The notes: generated from the letters alone by a model not told the origin. A stretch of DNA of 63,494 bases, filler included, from Neolecta irregularis DAH-3 (GCA_001929475.1; 14 parts of 14 records of this genome joined end to end with filler, not necessarily neighbours in it); one strand, 5' to 3'. Positions 38,301 to 51,915 are shown, counted from the first letter of the whole stretch. Translations and numbers: made by a program.

Positions 38301-40468
38301 GTATTTGTCAGCTTCTTACCTATTATGTATGAAATCATTCGACGGTTGACATGATATTTTAGGACTGGCCATCACGTCAATGGAAATTTAACAGAACTCG
38401 AGTGGGAACATGTCCTAAACAGAATCTTACTTTCCTTTTTCATTGCCGGAATTCTGAACTTGCTCGAAAAACTCCTAATGCAGATAATGTATGATCATAC
38501 TTTAATTGCTCAGCTAACGAATCAAGAGCAAAAGCCTTTCACGAAAGGACCTATGAAGATAGGATTATCCTTAATAAACTTCACGTCACTTCCTTTACCA
38601 AAATGTTCACTTTCGCTCGATCCAATCAATCTTCGTTTTTCAAGAGTGAAACACAATCACTGAGTATGGGATATATCACTCCCTCTCTTCGCCCGGACGG
38701 AAAGATAACACCGAAATCAACTTTGAACACCACTGTTGGCGCCGCCAAATCTGTAATTATGAAAACACACGATGTTATCGGTAAGGTCGCTGGGGAAATC
38801 ACTGGTACAGGATATGAAAGCTCGACCTCGGACCCGCAGATAGTGCTCCAGATGTTCAAGACTCAGATGGGTTGTGAAGCTCTTGCACGAACTTGTTTCA
38901 AGGCATTATGTAAACCACGAATTGTCGAAAGCCTGGATAAAAGTCCTGTGTCACAGGATACTATTACACTTCAGGATTTGGAATGTGTGTTCTCGGATTC
39001 CCAGGAATGCGAAGATATATTCAATTTGTTTGATCAAGTGAGACACCCTTTTAAGTTTCAACTAACACTAATAGGATTTGAATGGAGATATAACTCAGGA
39101 AGAAATGATTCAAACTTGTGTATTTATCATTGTAAACAAATCACCTAATCTGTAGTGCATGGCGGGGAAAGATCGAAAGAGCATACACACAAGTTTAAAA
39201 GATATGGACAGTGTTATGAGCAAGCTTGATGGGGTCTTCATGTTCATCCTTCTGGTAAATTCCTGTCTGTTATTGCTACTGAATGGTACAGTTTATTGTT
39301 ATTCTTATCTTCGTTTCGCTCTCATTCAAAACTGCTGCAACGTCAATCACCACTGCTGGAACAACCTTATTAGCTTTATCTTGGCTATTTCAACAAGCAG
39401 CGCAGGAATTTTTGGCATCACTTATTTTCGTCTTTGTTAAACATCCTTTTGAGTACATTTCTCTTGCTGAAGAAAGACTGAAAGGTAGTGTTGGGGACCG
39501 GGTCGATTTATACATTAACACTGAGATCATGTCCGTTACTGTCAGAGAAATAAATCTTATGGCAACCGAACTCAAAAAACTTAGCGGAGAAGTTATTCAA
39601 GCACCTAATAGTCTCCTCAATACACTTTTCGTGCTTAACATGAGACGTTCTGGATCAATTGCCGAGCCAATAACGATTACTATCAAGTATGGCACAACAC
39701 TGGAACAGATATCCCTATTACGAGACCGCATGACTGAGTTTGTTCGGCTTGATAAGAGGGATTACAAAGGTGATATTTTGACTGAACTTCGTGATTTCCC
39801 CGAGATGTTTAGTCTGAAGCTGAATGTTATTTTCTTTCACAAAGGCAATTGGCAAAACGAAGGATTGAGAATTGCCCGTAGGAACAAGGTATGCCACCAT
39901 TGTCTGGATAAATTCAACAAATTAGTTCATGTGTTGCTTAATGACAGTATGTCAGGAACTCAACATTGTCTCGCCCAGAAATCTATGGCCAGGAAAGACC
40001 AAGGAAAGCCCACTATACCTCCAAACCATCGACAGCTGTAGCATTCCGGTCTCGTGTCCTTCGCCTAGTCAAGACCATCCGATGTCTCCATCTGTTCATT
40101 TGGCGCCAGCTTCTCGTTCAAGAACAGATCCTATCCCTGAAGAGGTCGAACCTGAAATGGAGCAACTAGTCAAAAAACCCGTCGACTTCACCCTGGGTGC
40201 AAAATCATTCGTCGCCAACGATAATGATGCCTTTGGATCAGGTACCGACTCAATGAAAAATCTTGCCCGTCGTCATCGTGCCCGTTCTAATACAACTGGC
40301 TTGAAAGGAGGCGAAAGTCGAAGCCCCCCGCCCAGTACAGAAATCTTTCCCGCAACTTCAGTGCGACGATATAATACTTTCAACAGTAATCTTGCCCGAA
40401 GCAGATTTGAAGGGATTTTGCGAAGGAAGACTACTTTGAATAATCAGGAGGTAGTTGAGAAGGTTTAG
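38301..40468 (+). CDS. MscS-like mechanosensitive channel with EF-hand (Msy1/Msy2 type), 5'-truncated by gap
   Basis: LNLLEKLLMQ, spliced LFDQDLNGDIT (EF-hand), DRKSIHTSLKDMDSVMSKLD, IFVFVKHPFDVGDRV, APNSLLNTLFVLNMRRS, HKGNWQNE..R..RRNKF. Confidence 0.92.
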
Positions 40469-40519
40469 ACATTGCTTTGATTATAGAAAAAGTTTGGTTT
40501 ATTTGGGGTCCTCTAATTC

Positions 40520-41395
40520 AGGTCGGAATTGCAGGACGAAATATGTTAGGAATAAACGAATTTCAATATGCGTCATACTGATACATCAGACCTGATCCCA
40601 TGAAATTATTCCTTACTTGCGTTCCAAGCATCCTCTTGGTCCAAAAGAAAATGGCTGACTGATACGTCAGCTAACGGGCTTTTTTCGAAACCTTACAAAG
40701 CCAACTTTCCATAGGTTTGATCGCGTTCGAATGCTGGGTCGATCCATCGTTCTAGAATGAAACTGTCCGGTCTTGAAAAATATCTCAGATCTCTGGAAAT
40801 TGCATATGAAGCAATCGAAATAACGCAATTGGGCGGTATCTCCTGTCCAGCAACAATATTTTCTTGGAGGATAATCTGGGCCAAGGCCCAAGATCTGCAG
40901 GGTATAACCTCATTGATTGAGATACAGTAGATTGAGTGTTTTTTGAGGTTCGATCTCACCCTTTGGGCCACGGAATCGTTCGGTCAACTCTCGATGAAGT
41001 TTTCGTAAAATCTATTATGAGCAGCAAGTAAATATATTGCCCCGTTGAGAACAGCTACCTGTGATTAGCCGCGTGGCAGCGGTGTACTAGAAGTAGTATC
41101 ACCCCCAGCAATTCTGAATTTGATTAAATCGAGTCTTATATGGAAGCCACATACGTAAGAAGTGTACAAGTCGAATGTAATCGATCACGAAAGTCTTGGT
41201 GTGCTGCCTTTACCCTTTCAGGATCTGTGAGGTAGTAGAAGAAATCCTTCCTATCGCTTGGCTTTTCCATGCGTTCTTTTATCTTGCTCACTGATTGCTA
41301 AATGTCAAGAAATTGTTTGTAAATATGAAAATACCTGCCCTAGTTGCATTCGTGCTTTCTTCAGCTGATCCGGCGACAAGCGGAGAAGTGATAAA
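40520..41395 (-). pseudogene. Cytochrome P450 3' half, apparently pseudogenised
   Basis: I-helix IAGGDTTS, PDSFILERW, heme motif PFSFGPRGCLG; LYLN runs directly into SMRLYP (Glu of ExxR deleted) and frameshifts occur around 41005 and 40865-40920. Confidence 0.75.
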
Positions 41396-41495
41396 NNNNN
41401 NNNNNNNNNNNNNNNNNNNNNNNNNNNNNNNNNNNNNNNTTAATTAATTAANNNNNNNNNNNNNNNNNNNNNNNNNNNNNNNNNNNNNNNNNNNN

Positions 41496-42186
41496 GATAT
41501 TGCGATATTGATTACGATCCTTTCTTGTATATGGAGGACAGTGGGAAAGTTTATGGATTCACGCTTTCATTACCTGAAGACGCAAAAACGATACCCACTC
41601 TTTGGGAAACTACCAAGGCTTTTATGGCCAAGTTTCCAGATATGGTCGCGAAGGAAAATTTCATAGAATTTATAAGTAACGATGGGGGAAATTCGTACAA
41701 TGGATGCCACTTTGTACGGAAACCACTTATAATCGAAGCTAATTATAGTGGTCTAATTTTGAGATTGGAAACTTGGTAAATTTATCTGGCCTTTCACATT
41801 GCTTATCTCAGAATTTCTGGAGAAACGTGTCATACAGTACGTACTTCGATTATCTTGACCAAACGGGAGGGTTCTTTTATGAACGATGGGGAGATGCTCC
41901 GATACACAGTATAGCAACTGCAATGTTTCTCAAGCCGGAACAAGTACTCTTTTTCAATGATATCGGGTACACCCATGTATATTCACTGGCATAGAATAAC
42001 CAATCATTGACATTCAAAGAGTGTCTTTACACATTGTCCGAATGAACCCGAGTTTCGGCATAAGTGCCACTGTAATCCAGCTGATTCTATTGACTTGAAT
42101 GGTCTTTCCATCGCAACCCTCGTAATACTGACAATTCAGCTTATACTTGCAGGATACGATGGTCTCAGATTGCAGGCCAGAATTGA
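41496..42186 (+). CDS. GT15 (KRE2/MNT1/KTR family) alpha-1,2-mannosyltransferase, 3' fragment
   Basis: [32 protein letters not shown] (spliced), [21 protein letters not shown]. Confidence 0.92.
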
Positions 42187-42804
42187 CGGGATCGTTATAA
42201 TGAGTATAGTAACTGAATATGATCGTATTATACGGTTTTCAATTTAGAATCCATTCAAACCGACTTATACAGCTCCTTGAATCAGGAGATTGATTAATTT
42301 CTAATGACTAATGATGGTGGATCTTCTGTTAATGGTACTCGTTGTCTTGTTTGAATGGACTTGGTGGACTTGATAGTTCAAGACTTTTAATGAGACATTG
42401 AATTCTTTCTTAATACCTCTACCAAATATTGTCTGCATTGTCCCAGGATAAATTATAATATTTAAATGTCAATTTCAATCCTAGCTGGGGTAGGAATGAC
42501 TTTATCAATTGGGAATTTCATGTGAATATTAATATATCTTTTCTTTTGCATTTAGCTTATACTCTCCAATGCCTACAATATGGTGAGACACCTAGTTGCA
42601 TCAAGACTAAAATCCAGTGTGTCCACCCGTAGAAGGCGGACTAGTAAGCCGCCCGCCTGCCGGAGAAATCTGAACCGTCCGCCCGCCGGAGCCTCTCTGG
42701 CGGGNNNNNNNNNNNNNNNNNNNNNNNNNNNNNNNNNNNNNNNNNNNNTTAATTAATTAANNNNNNNNNNNNNNNNNNNNNNNNNNNNNNNNNNNNNNNN
42801 NNNN

Positions 42805-44166
42805 TTCTTTACCTTGTTCACTGAGAATTACGTTGAAGAAAGTGATATTGGCATTACACAAGTGCAATTCAGAAATATCAAACAAGGGAATCGAACAGTT
42901 TTACAGTTCGCTGATGATTTTCGAAGCCTGTGGAGAAAAATCGGACGAAATCATTGTTCTGAGGTATTTGCCATCGAGAAATTTACACTTGGGTTACGTC
43001 CAGCAATTTATACCCAATGCATTCCAGAAATGGTTCACTGCAAATCTCTAAATAAATTTATAACAATCGCAATGTTAATTGAATCAGATATTGCTGCTAG
43101 AGCATTGGTACGACCTAGTGGAGGATATCAACAAAGCAATGAACGACTAAAGCAACTACGAAATGGAGAATGCTTCCAGTGTGGTATGCGAGGACACATG
43201 GCTCGAGATTGTACTAAAGCTGCAAAGAAAAAGCCAGGAAGTTCAAATACAGTAGGAAAAAAGAAAATTATGTCTGTTACCTTAGATGATGAAGCAAATA
43301 CAGAGAATTCTGAATGCCTTATTGCAACGTCGACCAAGCCAACTAAAAAAGTGAGAAAAACACTTACAGTCGATATTATAGTAGGAAATAAAGTTATAAA
43401 TGCATTTCTCGATACAGGAGCAGAGTGCAATCTAATTTCATTATCGATTACCGATCAACTAAAAGATCAAATAGAAGTCAAACGCCTCAAGAAAAAGCTC
43501 CGACTGTCACAGGCCCTCTATGGCCACTCAGAGATTATTCAGGAGTATATCGAAATTCTGATATCAATACCACAGATTAATTTTTTCTCGAATGAAAAGA
43601 TGGTTTTTCATATTGTACCACTAGACAGATATGAGGCCATTTTGGGAACACCATTTATTGAATCATTTCAATTAATTATGAATCCATTTAACAGAATAGT
43701 TACTATGGGAGCAAAGGGAGTGAATATACTTGCGAATATAAATAACAAGATAAACTCATCAGCTACTGGAAGGAATTTCAGTAACTCAGTAATATTTTTG
43801 GAGAAAGATCTCAGTGTCGAATCAACTCTTGAGGATCGGTTAATGAACCTTGAACGAATTTATCGTAAACGGTTTGCAGATATTTTTGAAATATCCAAGT
43901 ACCCAAAGTTACCACCGATTGATGCCCCAAAGCATTATATTGAATTCCATACCACACCTAAAGAAGTAATTAATGGCAAGTTATATCATATTCCACATAA
44001 ATGGAAGGCAGATTTAAAGACGTTTCTCAATGATTCTGTAAGGATGGTTCTCTGTCCTTACGCTATGCTACTACCAACAAGGGAGCTTAGCTTAGTACCT
44101 GGCGAAGAGTCTATGGATGATGAGTCCTATACCAAAAGGTCTATTCCATACCTATGGATGATGAGT
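42805..44166 (+). mobile_element. Ty3/Gypsy gag-protease fragment with open reading frame
   Basis: QGNRTVLQFADDF..KFTLGLRP (gag), CFQCGMRGHMARDC (CCHC knuckle), AFLDTGAECNLI and YEAILGTPF (aspartic protease); similarity breaks off near 44040 before RT. Confidence 0.92.
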
Positions 44167-44559
44167 NNNNNNNNNNNNNNNNNNNNNNNNNNNNNNNNNN
44201 NNNNNNNNNNTTAATTAATTAANNNNNNNNNNNNNNNNNNNNNNNNNNNNNNNNNNNNNNNNNNNNCCACCTATGCAATGCATTCATCTGACATACAAGG
44301 CAGTGAGGGATTAACCAATCCACATCTTCTTTTGTGATCCCATATACTTATTAACCTTATTCTAAGTCTTTACACCACCATGGCCTATATCCAGGTGTGA
44401 CTTTCAAATATATAAGTATGAATCAGAAGTGGAAACAGCNNNNNNNNNNTGACAATTAGGATAGGTGCAATACAATATTCACTAAATAACCAAAAACTAC
44501 TAACATAAAATGATTTCTATCTGGCTATTTCTTTCATTGGTGAAGTATGCTGCACATAC

Positions 44560-44950
44560 AAAGTTCATGTCGTATCATCCTGATCACAGTGTCACGTGAT
44601 CAGTGACAAATCTTGCGCGTATAACTTTGAGCAAATGGCAATCAATTCACAGTTGAACAACCAACCAACGTATTCAAAAGAAACAAATACTATTGGGATC
44701 GGAATTTAAAGGCAAAACTAATGGTATGCCAACAAATTCAATACAAGAAAGTCAAAGGGGGTATCACATGGAGGAAACCACCAAACCGCCATACAACCTA
44801 GCAGCCTGCCAGAGAATTCTCCAGGTGGGTGGTTGGATCTCTTGGTGAAGGCAGGAGGCATAAAAATCGGGTCTGAGAGGCCCCACCTGCCAAAGAGGCT
44901 CCGGCGGGCGGACAGTTCAGATTTCTCCGGCAGGCAGCCGGCAGACTAAT
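44560..44950 (+). mobile_element. Repeat family A, longest copy
   Basis: Aligns with 770-1080 and 59200-59273; its 3' end is the reverse complement of 42640-42704. Confidence 0.8.
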
Positions 44951-45082
44951 CCTTCCCCAGTGTTGCGGATGGACCATGGACTTAATCCAGTCCATTAAAA
45001 GTCCATGGATAAAGTCCATGGACTGGACTATGTAAAAAGCCCGGCCCATGGTCCATGGGCCTCATGGGCCGTATCACGTGAT

Positions 45083-45230
45083 ATTAGATTGAAAAGTCTT
45101 AAACTGTCAAGTCTATCAAGTCCAATCAAGCAAGTCTATGTTATTGTACTTGCTTACTTGCCAATTTTTGTCCGCCAGACTGACTAGAAAGGTTTACTTA
45201 TTAGTAAGTCTGCTTATGAATGAGCTATGT
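45083..45230. repeat. Repeat family B (caagt-rich); reverse-complement match at 42352-42392
   Basis: aaaagtcttaaactgtcaagtctatcaagtccaatc vs gaatggacttggtggacttgatagttcaagactttt. Confidence 0.55.
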
Positions 45231-46410
45231 TATTGTAGAAAACTAAGGAAACATAAAATAATAGAAAAACCCATCAGATAACCGCTATGATACTATGTGT
45301 ATCATTTTCGTATGACATACTTCATCCATAAGCTACCTTGCTATATTGGTAAGGATATAATGGTGGAATAATTGAGTCTGTATCTCCGCATGGGACTTAA
45401 GGATGTTCTAGTTCATGTTCGGTCACACAGCTTTCATGTTGAAGCACTTGACTGTTTACATTGACTCTATGGACATAATCTGAAGGGCCTTTTAAAGAGC
45501 CGTTTTGCGTCAAGGCATTTTCACACCTTGGCACTCCAGAGCCTAAAGATTCAATGATGCATACGCAAAGCGCTTCCCAGGCTGTTGAACATCAGCTTCC
45601 ATTGCTGATTACAATCATATGCAGCAGAGGTCCGATTGAGTTCATTCAAGCGGCCATACTCATTGCCCTTACATTTTACTATTTCATGACGGATGGGACT
45701 CGCATCAGTGAATGGGACCAGATGAAAAAATTGGTCGGGTTGCAACCCAAGCGGTATGATCTCCTCTAAATCTCTTTGACCTAGATGGTAGGAAATTTCC
45801 AGATTCATCACCGTTGCCATCCATTGGTAGAATTCCCTCGCCTCTCGATCTGTCGTGTCTTTTCCATCAATTGACCTACCCTATTATCAATATAGCCCGA
45901 ATTCCTAGTTTTCCCAAGAGCGATATAAGGATCCATGGGGTTGAGGCGGATATACAGAAAGCAGATTCCACTACCTGGCTCGTCAACGCCGCTCTGGCAC
46001 CTGCAACCAAGCCTGTGGTTGAAGCCAAACCCTCCGAGTTTTTCTCAACTGCGGCAGCAGAGGGAAGAGTTCACAAAAAAACACAAGCCAAAGACCGCAG
46101 AATGCAGGCGAACAGGCCTTTACCAGAAAATTGTCAAAGGCCAGCAGACTGTCCCGTCTCTATGGTACAACGACCCAGTAAGAGAGCGTGGTTGAAACAT
46201 ATCTATCTACCGCCAAAGGATGTCAAATAGATTTCTATTAGCCAAACAGCCTTGTTACTAATCGCGAGACTAAATATCTTGATGTATGTTTACATGTATG
46301 TATAAATATTAAAATCTGTCGGGTGAACCAGGATTTCATTTTGGGCACGGGTTTTTTGCATGCAGGGTGTAGCTGGATGTTGTAGGGGGTTTATAGGGTT
46401 ATAGATTTGT

Positions 46411-46505
46411 TCTGTCCCACCTGTGGAATAGTCCCACCTGTGGAATCGCACAGCCTCACCACCAAAGTAACAATCCTCCACCAACCTCACCACCACTTAT
46501 GCAAC
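46411..46505 (+). mobile_element. DNA-transposon terminal-repeat-like motif (gtcccacctgtggaat x2); second copy 49847-49945
   Basis: Doubled 17-bp motif followed by a shared caccaccaaa..tcctccaccaacctcaccaccac tract in both places. Confidence 0.55.
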
Positions 46506-46774
46506 TCACCACTGCCTCACTACCACCAGCTTCTAGCCATCACCCACCATTTGCTCCCTGTCGTTGAACTCCAGCATATACATCATGTAGGCCCATAGCC
46601 CAGTCACATCGACCAGTCTCCTCCATCCACTTTGTGAGTTTGTCCTGGTCTTTAATATTAAGTATCCATTTATAATGACTATCTGGCTGATGTCGCATAT
46701 ATTTGAAATATGAATAATACAATCATTATTGGTGGTGCAAGTAATAGTTAGATAGCAACCACCAGGCAGTGTAT

Positions 46775-47100
46775 CCGCCCACCCGCCCGCCAGAGAAATC
46801 TGGACCGCCCAGTGGATTTTTATGCCGCCCACCTTCACCAAGAGATTCAAACCACCCACCTGGAGAGGGCCCCAATCTCAATGACTTTGGTACCGTTGGA
46901 AAGCCCTCGTCGAGGCGCATCCGCCTGTGGTAATTAAGATTTCCCGTGTGTGTTTTGAATACAGCACTTACATGTGATGCTTCCTATGCTTCCTCAAAGG
47001 TCCCCAATTGACTTTCTTGTATTGAATTTGTTGGCAGACCATTAGTTTCGCCTTTAAATTCCGATCCCGATAGCTCTTGTTTCGTTTGAATCCGTGGGTG
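46775..47100 (-). mobile_element. Repeat family A, inverted rearranged copy
   Basis: ccttcaccaagagat..accacccacctggaga and tttcttgtattgaatttgttggcagaccattagttt.gcctttaaattccgatccc are reverse complements of 44690-44860. Confidence 0.8.
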
Positions 47101-50077
47101 GGGTCGGTTGGGTGGTTGACCACACTGTTATTAGTTGCAAAAACCCGGTTTGCAGTCCCTCACCTTATTTAGTCACATGCCTCAAGGTAGTTTTTTTCTC
47201 AACAAAGAGCGTGTTAGATAGTTTCATGGTCTAAATGTTCAAAAGGATTGACAAGTCTATTGCCCCGGTATTCGAATTTAGCCTCCTAGAAACTTGTAGA
47301 AACCTGATTTGAGCCTTTTTTTCCTATTTAAGGTACAAGTGCTTTGTTTCAAATTTCCTGGAAGCTAAACAATGTATTAACTAGCTGGGCTTTTGAGATA
47401 TATACCGCTAAAATAATAGCCGCTATTGAAAACTCTACACATGTTTCCCCCTGCTATATGATGAAATCTTCTGATAAGAATTCCCTTTCCTTAAAGTGAA
47501 TTTGTCACAGGTTAAGTAGGAAAGGACCGAAGCCAAAAAACCAGACCTGGATTATTGTATCATCGAGGAGAGAAGGGTTACATTCATGGCAATATCAGCC
47601 GCTGTTGATAATGATGGACATACGTCAATATAAATAAGACTGTTCAAAACATCTAAATCGATATTCCATATTCCTCACGTACTAAAAGCCATTGATGTGC
47701 ATCCTATCCCTTTTCAACTGTCAAGAAATGCTGTTCCAGAACACCAACAATCAATACAGGATAAAACGCATCGTTGCAGTGACGTTCCCCCAGTTATTTC
47801 AGAACAATCAAACTGATATTTCTTCATTTTCTTGTCATGCGATTCATAATCTCTCACAACCTCCAGAACCTTGGTATCGAGCCCGGCGTGGCTCATTTGA
47901 AGCCATACAGTGACTTGATTTTTCAAAGAGAGAATCGCGGTGTCCTTGAAGAGTACTGAACCAGTTTCAATGTTGCTCTAGCTTTTAGTGACATGAAGGG
48001 GTTGATATTGATATACCCAAGCTTTTATCACAGTTTCTAAACGCTCTGGAGGTTCGGGAGCATATTGCTTGACCCAGATTCTGGTCGAGGAAAAGCCCTC
48101 CTCAGGATAGAATATGAAGAGTAACGATGGGTTCGAAACCATTGGTGTATTGGGATTATCGCTCATTTGCTTTCTTTTATATATTTAACAGGAGCCATAC
48201 TATATGAAGTGCCGATGCTCTCGGGGTGCGTACACTATACCCTCCCAAGACTGGGAGACGGTCTTGCAATGACTTCATAGGTACCAAAACAACAGGCTAA
48301 GGTAATAGCTGATTGTTTTAGTATAATTTAATGCTCTGGCAAGATTTGCGCATCTGACATGAAATGAGTCTTGGGTACATCTCAAAGACTCTCGGCAACT
48401 GACAGGTAGCAGAAGCAAATGCAATCGCATATATAGAAATATCTCAACGCTGCTCTGCAGCTAGGAAAGAGAGATAATGTGATTATGGTGATACTGCGAA
48501 GCGCACAGACTGTAGGCTATCTTGCCTCGGAAAACCGAGAACTTGCAAGTTCTAGTGCCAGAATTGATCCTGTTAGAAACCGTAAGCCCGTTGGGTGACA
48601 CAAAGAACCACGCCCAAGTCTGAATTCAGCAAGGTAACAGCCCGGGTGCCTATGATCCAATTTTAGGTGCAACGACAAAGCGACTCGGCTGGACTATATT
48701 CACTTTTGTAATTTCGGGAGGTCGGCAAGTATCAGCTCCGATATCCGGTGCAAGTGTAAATAAGTTCGAATGGCTGTAGAAGTCTCTGAAGTCGGCAAAC
48801 TAGGTAATTCTAATTTGCGTCAGCATCTATCCCTCGATCTTGTTACCCCAAACTAGATATTATTGCATAAGGTGTGAATATATTTTGCTTTCATTCAAAA
48901 ACCATCGGAATGTGGTTGAGTTCGAATCGGCCACGAAAGGGTGCTGGATTTTCAGATTACAAAATAAGAATACATTTGATTTGGCATGGGTTTCTCGTTT
49001 GCTTGCTAGCGGGTACGATTCTTTAGGATGGTGAGAGCAGCGCATCCATCTGACAATGTCAAATGTTCGTTCCTTCACTCTGCCAGGTCTGACTTAACAA
49101 TATCTCGCACAATGATGATGGCACTTCAAAAAACAATACTTCTGACCGGAAAAATAATGAGATATTTCATCATGGTCGCCAGTCAATCATTAACCTTTAG
49201 GAAGGCTTTCCAGACTCGAGCATGATGACTGCTTCAAGACCCGATTGAAGAGATTCTCCGGATAGCCTTTAAGGCTATGCCATACAAGTGGATAAAGTCG
49301 GATTGTGGACGGTAACATGGTACAAGGTCTGAACACGCAATACGAGTGTTTTATCATAGCTATGTCATTTTGAGAGGGTTTTTGCTTTAGAAATTTACAT
49401 GAAAAATGTGGTAATACTTGACAGGCATGATAACGCGATATTTTATCGATAAGACGACAATTTGTATGAATTTCATGAGATTGAAATGGTAATTCAGCCA
49501 AATCTGAGACTACAACCTCCTCCGCATAAAGAAATGGCCAAAAAAGCCAAGACTAGGTAATTTCTCTTCCAAAAGTGTTAAGTCTGATATATAGGACGAT
49601 TATTGTTAAATTGGCTTCAACTGCTCTTACTGGGTATTTCAAAACTGCCATACGACCGAGAGCTTCGCCAGCGATCAAAGCTGTTAAATTTGATCCAGTC
49701 GGTGAGTTTAGTTTGGCCAGATAAAATTGCTAAATGCTGACAGTGAATAAACGGGTTCTATTTGTTGAGCAAAAGATCAACAAGAAAGGACTGTAAATGA
49801 TATATGATGGAAATATTTTATTTCGGAAGTTGCGGAACCAATCTTTTCTGTCCCACCTGTGGAATCGTCCCACCTGTGGAATCGCCCAACTTCACCACCA
49901 AATCTGTGACTGTCCTCCACCAACCTCACCACCACCTATGCAATGCATTCATCTGACATACAAGGCAGTGAGGGATTNNNNNNNNNNNNNNNNNNNNNNN
50001 NNNNNNNNNNNNNNNNNNNNNTTAATTAATTAANNNNNNNNNNNNNNNNNNNNNNNNNNNNNNNNNNNNNNNNNNNN

Positions 50078-50658
50078 CCCTGGGACTTCTGGAGCCGTTG
50101 TTTCAGGTAGAATATATCGGCGGTGACATTGGAATGGAGACCGTGTGTTACGACAACTAAATGCGCATTTCGGATGCCAGGAGGGAACTTTGGAATTCTC
50201 CATAACTCATCTGTGTTTTGACAAACCACAGAGATTTCCCTGGTCCCAGCGTACCGATCGTTCCACTCGATACTGCTCCCAATGTGAATTTCAAATGTAA
50301 CATTCACTCTCGTAAATATTATCTGAGAAACCACATCGACGACCCACTGCTGCCGCCCTCCTCGAAGCGCAACTTTTGCAGTAAAACAGCTACCAGCTTT
50401 AATCTGCGAATCAAACTGCGGTCTTTCTTCGGGCGAGTTGGCCTTATGTGGATCATACGCCCTGCTTGCGACGGATGCAGAGAACATATAGGGGCCCACG
50501 AGATACGCAGCACGATAAACAGGCGATGAAGTATTGCGGATGTGGAAGTACAAGGCGCCAGGTGGATTCTCGGTACTCGTACAAGGCGAATAAACGACAT
50601 TATACCGAACAACATCACCGACACCGAGTCTGTTCTTTGCGTGGAAATATGTAGGCAT
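50078..50658 (-). CDS. Rog1-like putative lipase (DUF676 alpha/beta hydrolase), 5' fragment
   Basis: LGVGDVVRY, IRNTSSPVYRAAYLVGPY, WVVDVVSQIIF, HLVVVTHGLHSNVTADIFYLK. Confidence 0.85.
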
Positions 50659-50727
50659 GATCGTAGTCACCGCATGTGGTAAAACTTTACACCAATTTTG
50701 CTTCTGGCGTTTGCATCATGATATTTT

Positions 50728-51846
50728 CTACGACGCTACGACATACATCATTGCCACCGCTACAAATGCAAACAGCGCCATTGTTTTCGGATCCCTCCAG
50801 AAATAACTCTCGGGCTCAATGTACTCGTGTCTCTCGTTCCAGACATTCCAGTCCATCCAGCGCGCGGAATCCCATCCATCGAATCCTCCTACTAGACCAG
50901 TGCCGCCGACATCAACAGCCCGGGGACTGATTTCTAGTACCGGATCAGGCTCAATTATTTCGTTCAATGCTTTTCTGCGCCATCGCATAGGCTGCAGCCC
51001 CCAGAACCAACCTTCGTAGCTAGACGGATTTACCGGAAGATGGACTTCCACGGCTTCAATAGCCGTCGCTGACAGTCTTATTTGAAGAGGAAGCTTTGCA
51101 AGTCGAACTCGTCCGTACGCGCCAACTCCATTCCAAACAATCTACTCTCGTCACTCAATCAACGCAAATGATGTACTAAACCTTTATCCGTTCAACATCA
51201 AATATCCCTTCCAAATTCCAAGAAACCGTCCCCAAATCAAACTCCCTCTCAAAACTCTCCCTGCAAAGCTGCACGAATGAAAGACACGATAGTCCTAGAT
51301 GTGTAGACAACGTATACTTCCCCCCTGTGCGCCATAGGTGCTCTGGTACCCATGCGTACCGCACTACTACATCCTTATTGTTGTTCTTGTTTCTCTGTCC
51401 AATGGGTTGATATTTATGGAGCAACATAAACGGGACACCAACATATGATTGATCATTACGACGGATGGGATACTGTGGATGTGAACTCATGTAGACCCCT
51501 TTCTGCCCTGGCAACAGGTCCTTTTATTGTTCATGTAATTAGCCTCCTACTTATCTCGTGGTTTGCCAAGAGATGTGTACACTGTACCAGGCGGCTTAGC
51601 GGCACTACTTTGACGAATCACCGCCGCGGAGAAATGAGAAAACCATGTTCCTTCCTTATCAGGAGTACCAGGATGATCTGCGGTCAAGTTTTCTGGAGTG
51701 AATAAATAGATCTTGTGGATTCGTACTGGCAATTGGTGAGGGTTTTTGTGACTTTTGTTTGGTTGTAAAGAGGCAAGCGAGTATCTTTTCCGGGGTACGG
51801 ATCTCCGATGCTTATGTCCTCTAATAAACATGTTGAGTGAAATCAT
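50728..51846 (-). CDS. Hypothetical multi-exon protein with a C-terminal hydrophobic anchor
   Basis: Three consecutive minus-strand ORFs separated by short GT..AG gaps; ends MALFAFVAVAMMYVVAS. Confidence 0.5.
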
Positions 51847-51915
51847 GCTAGGTTGTATAGGGAAGAAAGCAACGAAAACGGACCATGTACGAATGATGTC
51901 TATCTAGATCGAAGT

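Noticed and set aside
19517-41395. Secondary-metabolite cluster (LaeA-like methyltransferase plus P450)
   Set aside because: They lie on different contigs, the neighbours are housekeeping genes, and no backbone synthase is present
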